A DNA stretch of 64,000 nucleotides. Source: Fimbriosthenelais zetlandica. Lineage: Eukaryota. The stretch covers positions 15,934,001 through 15,998,000 of the forward strand of contig OZ365109.1 in NCBI GenBank assembly GCA_977030845.1. Direction: 5' to 3'. The notes under the pieces are model-generated. The model worked only from the letters and a program-made list of their open reading frames with translations, searched no databases and was not told the origin of the DNA. Position 1 is the first letter of the stretch, and every line of letters starts with the position of its first letter. Positions 38,467 through 51,800 of the stretch are shown one piece after another. Position numbers and translations under genes: made by a program.

Positions 38467-39880
38467 TCACCGGACAGCTTTAGCTCCCATTGCAAGCTCC
38501 TTCGGATATATAACAAATAGTAGCAGTTGCATAAGACCGAGAAACATTCCCAGACTGTTGGGTACCTGCAAGGCAAAAATAATATTTCTGTGAAAATTAT
38601 AAAATTTAAGACACAATAAAAAGCAATTTGTCCGTACATTTTTGCAAGCAGGGAAATTCCATAATCAGTAATTTAAAAATACCTACAATGATATTAATAT
38701 CCTTCACAAGAAAACCATATGTAGTCCATTCACTGGAGACGACAAAGTTAGCAAGAGAGAGTGGAAAGGCCATGGTCTGAGTGTTCTTCTCACGAATGAC
38801 ATGCGCCTGGAACAACGAAACCAAAGGGCAGATAGATCATTTATCGAACGTCATGGGTTGCATCTTTTTATTGCCGCATAATTGGGCAGATATCAATGGG
38901 CAAATATAGCTAACAATTTTATGACGGATGCATGATTGACCACTCACCATCGCTGAAAGTGGAGCGCCGTAGGCAATAGTTCCAAACGTAACACATACAA
39001 TGCCTAAATGAGCTATAGCCAACTCTCTCTCATGAGTAAAATATTGTACATATATAAACACTGGGAATATAACAAAGCTGACTCCCAGTAAATATCTATA
39101 TACCGTTGCCTGGAAAGAAAAGAACAAAAAGTGACTCATATGCAACTATGTGCAGCAGGGACATTAACTGATAGGTAACGAGAAATTGTTTTAAGAGCCA
39201 AGCAAAATAGGTCTACTCACCTTATGAAGTGTATAGATGTAAAATATTAGCATGTATATTATATTCAGTAAAACTCCGACGCCATTTACAAGTGAGAGGG
39301 TTTGGTCGTTTTTTATCAATCCATACTTCACCCAAAAGGTAGCGCTGCAAATTTCCCATTCATCAAAAGATTATTGAAGCAAAAGATATCTTGAAGCACA
39401 GATATAACTTTACCACAAAGTGAAAGTATAAATTATTTCTCAAACTTTATTATAAAAATTAAAATTGAAATTAAATTATAAGCTTTCCCTTGAGCTCTTA
39501 TATTTAATAGACTTACTTGCAGAACATGGCAACAAATGGGAAGAAGTTCACATTTGAGACACTCTTTCGGCGAATAATATTTACACAAGTTGGTCTGGAA
39601 TAGTGAAAAGGGAAATATCAATTAGATCCAAATTTTTAAAATATCAGTATTGCTCAATAATGCAATGGAAATATTCATTATTTTTCAAATCCAAACCAAG
39701 GCAGCACTGCAGACGTTTAGAAATTATCTATTGCAAATGAAAGTTTGCAAATGGACATTTGAATAAGTAGCTCATTATGCTTTTTTTCTTGAGGGATGAT
39801 TAAACTTACATGCTACTCAAAAACAGACCAATGGTGCAAATGGTTGCAAGCCATGACGTGATATCCACAGCGATTGCCAT
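38467..39880 (-). CDS. SLC50A1: SWEET-family sugar transporter (SWEET1/SLC50A1-like, 217 aa, 6 coding exons)
   Basis: Exons 39880-39810, 39594-39517, 39344-39221, 39109-38948, 38806-38687 and 38565-38467 give two MtN3/saliva repeats (FFPFVAMFC..FWVKYGLI..LVNGVG; YGAPLSAMAHVIREKNTQTMAFPLS..WTTYG..VPNSLG). A probable non-coding first exon has its donor near 41180. Confidence 0.93.
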
Positions 39881-42860
39881 CCTCCCAAAGAATTATACAA
39901 CGCTGTGTTCATGGATCTGAAATTAGTGTGAAGCATAGCGTGTCATAAAAATACAACAATAGATCTACATGCAATGTTATCAGAGCGGATGCACTTACCA
40001 ACAAGTATGGAAATAATATGGACCACTGCCAGTGCCAGTGGTAATATACTACTAGTATTAGTACCGTACAAACTAGGTCTGTAATATCAAGGCAGTTGGC
40101 TCCGGTAGTACCAAAAATCAGAAAAAATGTTCATGGGTCTTGGAAGTGGGTAGGGGGATATTAAAGGGGCCAAAAAACTCCCAACTCCCGGCCCCACTGG
40201 ATCCAACGCTGAAATAAGATGGTCACTAAGATGGTTTATGGAAAGTTATACATGTTAATGTGATGCCATAAATACTATCTGACTGGGATAATTCACTAAT
40301 AATTATTGTTGGATTTTAGATTCCCTGTGAGGGAGTACATATTTTAAACACAAAGGTACCGGTATAAAATATACCCGTATATCAAAATTCTTGTCATTGA
40401 GTAAAATATCGATCAGATTCTGGTCAAATGGCCATGGCGCCTATTAAAGAATAGATCATTCACCCCTAACTCCCAGCTAATGCTGGTCACTGTATGGACA
40501 GGGATCGAGTTGGGTGGAAGGAGGGTGGGGCCGGGATTTCGATGGGGAAGGGAGGAAATAAAAGAAACAAATAAAAGAAAATTTATTGGGATGGAGGGAG
40601 AAGAAAACTTCTTATCTTTTCCAGCAGTTCAATAGCATTTCAAAAAAATTGCAGGGGGCAGCTACGGCCTTGAATAAATATATTTATTAGGCATATTTAT
40701 TACAGTACACATAGGAATGAATCGAAATCTGGATTATGAGGTAATTTTTAGATAGGCCTATGGCAATGCCTAATGGGTCTTGTATATCAAACCTTTTTAA
40801 AAATATAATCGACGATTTCTTCATTTATGAAGATATTTTTTTGAGATTTGAGATTCTATCACATCACTCGGGGAATGCGAGTGATAGAATCTCAATATTC
40901 ATCAAAATATTATTTGTTGATGTGCAAATAATTTGACGTATTAGCAGCTATATTATATTCTACTGTGCATCAATATTCAGAGGTTGCCAACTATTAAGTT
41001 TATTTTATGATGACACGTCCAAAGGGCCGGTGGCTGCTTGAATCCACAACTCTCTGCCCTGTCAAATCAATGACAAGTCAATGGCTCATAAAAGACCCCA
41101 TGCTTGTCATTACATATAATCTCATTTATGATGCGCTAAGAAGATCTATCTCTACCTAACAAGTGTTGAAGAAACGTTTTACCTGCTTTCTGAGGAAATA
41201 AACACACGGTTTGTGTCTGTGTACGATTTCTGATGTTTTTTTGGGTTTCTGCTACCCGGGGTAGGCGAGGTCGATGATGGTAAAACACACTTTAATGGCT
41301 GCAACGTTGTAACGGGTTCACCACTCGATGCACAACTCACACACTAGTGGCGCCACGGTGCCCAGGAGAAACGTGAGGCATCCGCCAACCATGGGTCATC
41401 ATGGTTGACCTAACTTATCAAATTATTATCAGTTCCCATTGTGAAGAGTGATAAGCCGGGAAATGCTAAGTTCTAGTATCAGAAAGAACTCGCAAAACAT
41501 CACACCATCATGCCAGCCGATGCCAACTCCAGCTTGCTGACAGACAGTTCGTATTTACACACCTAGGTGTCACTACTGAGCCTTCCCAGGATCATGGCTG
41601 CTCTTCATGTGTAGAGCACCATGCAGGTACCAGGCAATCCTACAATTATAGTCAAAAAGCGACCAGGATGGATTAAACTAGGTAAGACACCTTAACACTT
41701 GATTCAAGCTGTTTAGCCTAATATTTGTAATGTTTCTATAGTTGGTTGTTTGGTGGTAATTAGGTGATATGTAGGCCTACTGAGGCAAAGATAAGCTTGA
41801 TTAGATGGAATGTACGGTGGTTTATCCTACTGATACTAGGTGTCTCTCGAGTGTAATGAGAGGCATGTTAATAGGCCTACATAGGATCGCCATATTATGT
41901 TGGCAGCACTGAGCTAGTTTGGTGAATAGGCCTACTAAGTTACAATATTGATACTCGGTAATAGTCCTTAGTGGGGACGGATGAAACAATTGGTTTTGAG
42001 TCCTTTAAATCACAATTAAAAACACACCTTTTTAAAGACGCATTTAATTTGTCCGCATAGATAGGCCTTACCATTCTGTTACTCCAACATAGGCCTCGGT
42101 ATTTCTGTTAATTCCAAGATTCTTCTTCTCATACTACTTTCCTATCAACAGCGTTTAGAGCACATAATTATTGTGGATTTTACGCGATACAAAATTAATT
42201 ATTAAATTAAATTATTTGGGACGGGTGTGATTAGACCATCATGTACACATGGAACCATAGCTACATATACATGTATAGGCCTATATATAGGCTATTGCGT
42301 TAGATAAAAATTAAACCAGTAAGCTGCTTGTAATCGTCGGTGTATTATTTTAGCAGTGTCACAGTGTGTGACACTATAGGATAAGCAAAAGTTTGATATA
42401 CAATAAAATAATATAATCATAAACTTAATTGCATGGCAATTATGTATAGAGTACATGATATCTGTTTATTGCACGTATGCCCCTATACATTACAAGATGG
42501 TGGATGGTCAAAGACCATGCAGCGTCAACTAATTTTCTTAGGAATCATTCGCTGAGTAAGTGATGGTAACAGACATGAAAAATACAGAATTTAATACGGT
42601 ACATACTATTTGAAGATCGGTGTAAAAATGATTTAGACACAATTCTTGAAGGAGAACTTATATGGTACCGGTACGCTACAAGTTAAGATTCGGTATATAA
42701 ACAATTGTTATACAAATAAATTAATTAGGCCTATTTTAGTAGATTTGACACAAATTTAATGTTTTATACAATAATTAAATAAAGGTTTAAAATTTATCAT
42801 ATTTTATCATTTGTAGGCCCATATTGCTGACATTGCAGTTCTACAAGACATCACATTGCT

Positions 42861-45800
42861 TTATGTGAGAGCACTTTTATCATCTTCAAAAGGTAGGCCT
42901 ATATCTTCAGCATTATACGCGGGATTTGTATGTAGATCATTGAGTGCGGTCATCTCATCGCTGGGTTTTGTTCGGACCTTGACGAGGATGAATAAAACCA
43001 CGAATACGATGAGCAAGGCGGCTACAAGGCCACCGAACACGATCCCTACCACTTCTCCAGCACTGAGGTTACCTGAAAACCAACCCAGAAATGTCTGAAG
43101 TTAACGAATTTCATAAGGAATAGAATTCTCTGAATAGGAATGAAAAATGGTTAAAACAGTACTTAATTTAACATTATATCAATACCATATCAATACATGT
43201 TGTCATATAGAGGTAATTACAGATAGTCAAAATCGATTGCCCTGCCACCTAGTGTATGAAGAAAAACCTCCACTTGAAGTCATGGCCACTTCCGGTTCAT
43301 GTGTATTGTCATAGGTTGGAAGTGGGGAATACACAAACGGTTCACAAAAACCTTTCCAGAAGGTGTAATTTATGTCCCCTTTCCACTTTTCAGTGGATGA
43401 CATGGCTTTTATATTCAGTACTGTCCTTATCACAGTAATTGCACAGTGAAGTCATTTAACACTTTGACTCGTGAGAAACAGGAAGCGGAAATCGAGGTGA
43501 CTCCTTGTAGCAGACTGGTCTTACGTTGAGAAACTATAATAATTATAGTTTCTCAAATTATAGTTTCCTCAAATTGAGGCAATTAGAGAGATCAATTATT
43601 GCTCTCTGTAATTGCCTCGATCAAATGTAGGCCTATTTTATAAGCCTACATGCCATCATATATTATATTTATAACATTACTATCTTATAATACACAATAT
43701 TTCGACAGTGATAGTAGACAATTAATACGAATATTTAATATTTTTGCTAGAGTATCTTAGAAATGAATCTGACTTATATAACTGACCTGGGTCTTGGTCA
43801 CCTTCGTCTGGCGGTGTTGTCACTACATTTCCGGGTGAGGTAGGCTTGGTGGATGACGTGGATTTAGTAGAGGTTGTTGTGGATATTGTGCTCACCGTGC
43901 TGCTGGTGGTGGTCTCTGTGGAAGTACTAGCTGTGGTGGAGGTACTAGTGGTGGTCGTTGTCGTTGTCGTTGGGCCTAATGGAGGAAAAAAGGATTATGA
44001 ATAACATAGGAAAAGAGCAAGGTCCCCAATTCAATGCGACCGTATAGATCTGACTCTTTTTAATCGACCTGTCCTTCCTCAAAAAAAGGGCAAAGAAGAA
44101 GAAACGATTATACATGTGCTGTTTTGTGGTCAAAAGTAGCATGTGCTAGCAAACGATGGCCTACCTGGCCTTGTAAGTAAAGAATTGAAAGGGGATGTTA
44201 AGGCTGAGAGAGGAAAATCGGGTTTGAAGAGAAATGGGTCAAGGTTTCAGAATTAGACGAGATAGTACAAAAATGACAAGGATTAAGGGATTCAGGGTTC
44301 GTCCATTATTTTTACAATTACAATTTTAACTTTGAGTATAAGGAAATAAAATGACTCAGCAAGTATTTAAGGCAACAGTTATTTAATGAAATTATACAGT
44401 AATATATTCTATTTACCTGTGAAACCACCAACGTTGATTTCCCAGGATGCTGAAGCACTGGCATAAGAGGCAAATGTTAGCATGGCAAAGGGTGGGATCT
44501 CTTCACCGTCATAATACAGAAGTCTGGTGTCGACACTGTGTTTCTCACCCGTGCCAAACTGAATGATCTGAAAAAAAAACATTTGTTATTGCCGTGAAAT
44601 TGACCCAAGATAGAAATCCATAGGCTGGATTCATACACGAATAAGTTTTCTTACTTTTCGGTTCCATGTTATCCAGAAACTCCTGAATTCCGTTTCGCTA
44701 AGAAGGCCTGGTGTGTGTGCAGAAGCTAATTTTTTGCCACCCACCTCGTCCCTGATATCAGAGTTCCCGGTAACTAATTCCTAGAGATAAATGATCAGTA
44801 TAATTATTACCAGTGTACCTAATACCCACATAATTCATCTTAACTCTTTTTTGAGATAATTTACTATTAGAACTTAGTTTAAAAAATTACAAAAAGAACG
44901 TGAGCCATATGCATTTTCCATATGTGGTATATATTTAAAAATGTTCAATAATTATATTTTTACCTGAAGGACTATTTCATATGTAAATGTATGGAGGTGA
45001 CCAGGGATGACAGAGAGAGCTATGTGTGCTGCATGTTTCGCTTTGAGCCGAAAACTCAATTCATGTATATCCAGAATAGATACTGAGGTTGGGGATCCAG
45101 AAAAAGTTCCAGGCGTTTCCATGAAAATCATATCACCTATAACAAAGTTTTGCATTATTCCATCTGAGATCTAATTCAATAATTATTACCACAATTTATT
45201 ATATATCTTTTAAAAATACAACAGAAGAGGCTGATACAAGCCCAGGTTGGAAAGCTCATCAAAAGTTATAAATTTCTTTTGTGAAACAAAGCTTTACCAT
45301 AATTCATATCAATGGCCCAAAGTGCATCACATTTAGGGCTGCCGGAAGTGAAACCAACTCCATTGAGACTCGCGGGATCGGGATCCAAAAATTTAAGTAT
45401 CGGATGCCCAGGGTACCCACCAAGGCCAGCTGTTAGATCCTTCCCTTCGGTCCAGCGAACCCAAATGGGAATATCGCTTTAGGGAAACAAAAAAGGAATA
45501 AAGTTGATATTCGCTTTTTTATGGACTAGAGTGACAACTAGTACAAAAGCTGAATAACCCTAACAGTAACCCTATTCCCATCAGCCCAGAACTTACAATA
45601 CTAACTTACATGTGGTGTCCCATCATCGTGGGAGTTAGTGCACTGTCTTTTCTTATATTTGCTTTCAGTATCTCAGACATGGTGTTCTCATATGTGCCAA
45701 AAGCCACGGTATAATGTGGTTGGGCACGTGTCAAGGGAAAGAGTGAGACCATTGCTTCTTCACAGGTGCGAACACGGGCAGAAATAGTAAAATCACTTGG

Positions 45801-48800
45801 ATCTTCTGGTAAAATCTGAACTCCATAGTACTGCTTATCACTCATGGTCCTCTCATAGACAACATTACCTGAGAAATAATGTAAAAATACAATTACATTT
45901 AAACTTAAGACATATGGTGCAACCCTGCCCAAGTGAATGTTATGATATTTTATTATCAGCAATCAGCCATATAAACCACATCAGATTTCTCTACTGAGAC
46001 ATATAGATCTACATGGAAAATTCATTCTTCTTATCCCCAGATTAATTATAAACGTTTTAAATAAGCTACCAGTCATTCTGAAGAATTCCCACGTGGAATC
46101 TTTGTCTTCATCATTGGCCCCTGAAGCTAATCCAATGCCCATGATATGATGTAAGTTAGGGTTTTCATATCTATGGAAAGAAACATTTGTTTTGATTTTT
46201 TTTAATTTTGGAATTTTTTACACAGATCCAGACATGGATTATTAAATAGCATAAAATAACACCCATAAAACCACACATAATTTATTAAGGAATAAATCTA
46301 ATGATTACTTATTGCAACAACTATAAAGTTCTGCACACAGTATTATAATACTTCAGTTAATAATTATCTTGTGAATTCTTAGCACTTCATGTGGATAATT
46401 ATTACACAACTTATCCCTTACGTCATCATGGTGCCTCTGCTTATAGTTGCTCCAACGCCAAATTGTACATCTCGGTTTGACCACTTGATCCAGAAGGCTA
46501 TTTGATCAACACAGTTCAGTAGATCCGGCGTGTTCTTGGTCACATTGTTATTAACATCATTAGAGTCACGGATGTAAGATCTTGTAAAAAGGAATTGTTC
46601 AAGCAATTTAGGTACTAACCAAGTAAGAAAGATGAAGGATGCATGCCCTCTTAGGGATGCCAAGCACTTGGTATACAGTTATTTTCCTAGCTACCTCTGA
46701 CCCTAAATAGTTGATTTTACTACAAATTATAGCTAGTTGAAGTCTCAGTAGAGAGAAATCAATTCATAAACATGGTAAGTTGCCCCATTCACAGAGCAGT
46801 CATCTTTTTAGCAAGTATGATGTCACAGGTTGTCACATGGTGTTCGTTAGCCAATCAGAATAAGGAAGAGGTTGGTGCATTTTTCTACACAGTTAGGGGT
46901 CGCCATCTAAGAGTCCAGTCGTAGGTCAGTGGCGCTACTGCGTGTAGCAGGACCTATTTTTATATACTACTCCACACACCTTTCCTTAAACAATTCCCAA
47001 TAGGAAACTGATAAAAAAAAACCCTCCAAGCCATTCCCGTACAACTTATTTCCAATCCTGCATCTTACCTGCCATTATCATCAATGCCTATCTCAGTGGA
47101 TGGGAGAAGAACATTTCCAACTTCAGACACAAGCATTACTCTGGCAGAGAAGCATGACTTGAGTCTGAATACGACACTCTGACGTCCTACCACAGTCAGC
47201 CAGTGTTCGAACTTCCCAGAAGACTTGGAAACAAACTGTGTCATCACCTCTGTGGTTAAAATAAATGAAAATACCATGTTCACCTAGCTGTCTTCGGTAC
47301 CGATGGGCCTATAGATTAGCATAAGTTACTACATGTAACTTCCAACGGTTAGTGGTCAGCACACACTCATTTCATGATCGAACTAGTTAATTGACTCAAT
47401 TTATAAATCAGTTTATAAACTGGGTTGAACATCATATATATACTGTATACCCATTTCAAGAACTGGGCATGTGATTTGCCCAACCAAAAAAAGTGGTGAA
47501 TTAGTTGCCCAATTCATAAAATTAGATGCCCAATTAATAAAATTAGCTGTCCAGTTAACGAATTGGGCAAATCAATTTTCCCAGTTCGTAAACTGTCTGC
47601 ACATTGGGCAGGTTATGATTTTGAACATAGTTGTACTCACCAAATTGGATATAAAGACCCAATACGATTTCAAATCATTCTTAATGAGACTGATTTTGAA
47701 AGACACGCCACTACCTTTATAATATGAGGAATGACAATTGAAATATGACCTATTACGATATATTTACCCTGTTCCTGGGGAATTTTCCATCCGGCAGATG
47801 AAACCATATCCTCTCCTATTCCAATCACGCTGAAGCTGATCTTCTTGGCATTTACAACAGTATGGGAGATGAATGGATTTAGACCCACAGTTCCTTGACC
47901 AATGTTGAGATAAGTGCCACTGGAATTGGTAGCCCATTGGATCCAAAAGTCAATGTAAAGCTCAGGATTCAAAATACCCTTCCCTTCAACAGTTTTCACT
48001 TCGTTATCCTGTTACCAAAATTATATATCCGAGTTAGGCACATGATCATAATTATGAACCACCGAAACCAACTTGAAACCTAAAGTTTCATATCAATGAA
48101 AATATAAAATTATGCTGGTGCTTACTCCATCATATAGGGCTGTGCCAGTATTGTCAAAGGATCCAAGTACTAAATACATGGCCTTAGTGTTAGCCTTGTC
48201 GGCAGCTTCCAATATCGCCACCCTGGCGCTCTGGTAGCCAATAACAGAGAAGGCGAACGTATCAGATGTAGGCATAAACCAAGATTGCTTGAACGAGGAA
48301 TCCTCATTGGTAAAGATCAGAAAGGAGTTACCTGAAATGTCAAGTACATGCCAGAGTAATGTGATCATTAGGAATGACAAGTTTGCTGCAACAATGTTGT
48401 ATCGGAGGCATCAATTCTGTATAATTAATTATTTGATTTTGAACTCAATTTTGAGCTCTATTTTATAAAATATGCTTGGGCAATGCTAGCGATAGATATG
48501 GTATAGATACCAGTGTCTTGACTGAAGGTCCATGTGGCTAACTTGTCAGTGTCAAATCCTGCAGCAATGAGGTCATAATATGGAGGAAGATTGGTATGGA
48601 TTAGTTGCTTTTGCCCAACTGCAGCACCACTTCCGATCTAGAAACAAGAGTGAGCTGCTGAAAAGACTGTAACAGGATTGACATTCTCAAAACAGAAAAA
48701 ATTAAGATGTAAAAGAAATTAAACTTTGTATAACCTTCAAATCTCTATCTTCCCAGGAAGCCCAGAAAAAGGTTGGATAATCCTCGTTGAAATAGCTCAT

Positions 48801-51800
48801 CTCAGATAAACTGTCAAGTAGTTCACCTAAACAAAATAAGTCCCAAAAATCATATCTACCCCAATTCAATTGGAGGGCGATACCCACATAAATGTCCTAC
48901 CTCAACAGCTAGGATTTAATTGGAGGGTGATAGCCATATAAATGTCCTAACTCAATATAATTGAATTGGAGGGTGATATCCGCATAAATGTCCTACCACA
49001 ATAGAATTGAATTGGAGGGCGATACCCACATAAAGGTCCTACCACAATAGGATTGTCCAAATTGGAGGGTGAAATCCACATAAATGTCCTACCACAATAG
49101 AATTTAATTGGAGGGTGATAGCCACATAAATGTCCTCCCACAATAGAATTGAAGTGGAAGGCTATACCCACAGGTTTAGAATATTGTAAAATGAAAGTAA
49201 ATATTTATACCAGATGAGAAATGATATAAAGATAAGCTGGTCTTCTTCATTTGGAGCTCATAGCCATCCACCGTGGAATATTGAGGTGTAGACGAGAACA
49301 TAATGCTACAAGTAGATGTATCTGGCGCAGTAAGAGCAAAAACAATGCTAGTCCTTCCATACAGAGTGTACCAAAATGTGTCATAAGGTCCTGGTTCATC
49401 ATCAGCATTCACAATCAATTCCATTGCAGAGCCTGGAAATGTTGAAATCATTAAAGATTAGCAAATAACAGGATACAGAAGCTCCTCAATAAACAATATT
49501 TCCGCCTGAAATATCTATATATATATATATATATATATATGGTACCTGGATATTATGTATCTACCTGAAAATCTTGGCATGGTTAAGTCCACCTCCAGAT
49601 CTGTATTGAAGCGGACTTGGTGAATATCCAGAGGTTTACTGTCCAACCATTCTAAAATCTTAATCCCGGCTGGGCCACCAAGGGCAATAGTAATCAATCC
49701 ATCCTTCCAACTCAACCACATAAGTTGCTCAACATCGCAAGATATAAAGTCATATTGTTTCTAGAAATATAAAGTCACTTGTTTACAATTGTCTTTGAAA
49801 TTGACTATCTTCTATTTTAATTAAATTTTTGAGTGGAAAGTACAATAATTAATATTGGTGAATTTATCACCACATACCGCCATATGGACGAAAACCCCTT
49901 TCTTAAAGATCAAGAATGTTCGATATGCCAGTGAATACTGCAGCAAGTACAATTGTGATTTGGTATCAGATTCCAGATAGATATGTATTCCTCCAGTGCA
50001 AAATATGCCAGTGAATATTATTTCCTCCTGTCCCGAGGCAAGAGTGTAGCGCAAAGTAGTGTCACCAAACATACTAGGCAGTCTCGTCAGGATTTGGTCA
50101 GCTATAACGAAAATGTATATATATATACACAGTGTAATCAGCTATCCAAGTGAGGGAGATAATAAGATATATAGGGATCATATATAATAATGATAATGCA
50201 ATAAATTATGAAAGAAAAGATCAGGGAACCAAAAGTAAAGCCAGGGCTCCACTGCTGCGATTTTGCTTGCGAAACTGCTGCGACAAAGGTGATCCTTGTG
50301 CAGGAATAAAATTTCTTAATTGTGGTCCAAGTGTCCAAGGCTTAATTTAAGGCCGTCCTCCAATGGCAAATTTATCATTGAAACACAAGCATCGCCTTTG
50401 TCGCAGAGGTGTCGTACGCAAAATCGCAGTGCTCAGTGGTGAGCAGGCTTTAAAGTGAGATAACGCAGTCAAAATTGTTGAACACTTATCAATACGCACG
50501 CTTGTATTTGGAGAACTCCCAGAAGCCAGAGACGCTCCAACTAGTGGTGAAAGAGACATACTGAACATTGTAGGTGGTCATAATCTCATCACTATAAGAT
50601 ATTATCACATCCTGATCCACACTCAAACCTCGACCTAGAGCCACCCGTGATTTACTCCACGACACCCAGAAAGTCACAAACTCATACTGATCCAGAATGT
50701 CAGGGGTGTCAATGACAGACTTATATCCGCCACCGTTCCCTTTCCTGAAAACAAATGCAGAAGATCATTCAAAGAACATATCACAGAAGCTGTGTATGAT
50801 AGGATCTTTTAGATTTCTCCTGCAATATTACACAATAATTGTGACCACTTCAGAGAATCTGAAAGCGATAGGAAGAGATTCGGAAATACTTGAACGTAGA
50901 TTTAATTTATGACGCGTTTTCACTAAATGAGCCTACAGTCGCACAAACGGATTTTGAGTGAGTTGCAGATTCTCAGAGAGACGATTACAATGATAATATT
51001 ATTATATAGCACATGGAGATGTGAAAAATATTATATTTTTAATAACATTTCGAAAACACATCACATTTGTTCCCATCCAAAGCCATTCAATATACCAGGT
51101 GTTGTACAAGAAAATCGTCGATGGCGATGGACCGGCGAGGGTGCCCTCGTCCAGCGATTGCATTGTTGAAGTGCTACTTAAAAAAAAAAAAAAGTGCTTG
51201 GAAAACTGCTTGTTATTGCATTGGCCAAGCACTCTTTTCTCAAAAACATTGCTTGGACAATGCAATTGCTCCGCGAGGGTACCCTCGCCGATTCCTCGCC
51301 ATCGACGATTTTATTGTACAACAGGGGGTTTACCTAAGCCACATTTTGTAGATTATACGATGTAATGTATTATTATTGGTAACATTTTACTTACACTTTT
51401 ATCCCAGTTTTCTGATTATTTTCAAGGCCTATAACGAACTCATATATTGTCAAAGTCTGGAAATGTTCTTCTAGGAGGACATGGGCCGGGCCTATAGTTT
51501 TAACGGCGAAGAACATATGGTTCCCACTCGCTAGTTTGTAACTAACTTGCGGCTTATTGAAATCCGCTGTATTTCTGACGGTGATAGCGGTTGCTGAAGT
51601 GGTAAAAAACATGTAAAGATACAATCGTTAACAAAATTGCTATTATGAGTAGAATAACATAATTTATTATATTGGGTGCAAGTGAACTTTAGGGGCCCGC
51701 CGCCCCAATCCAAGATGGCGGCCTGAAGTCTCGTGAGACAAGGCCCTAAGCAACGGAATAATTTTAAGGGAATAAGAGCATAATTTGTCATTTTAGGTAC

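Noticed and set aside
43227-43433. ORF that might be an alternative terminal exon giving a secreted isoform
   Set aside because: Weak acceptor (ggaaag) and no recognisable motif; it cannot be supported without transcripts.
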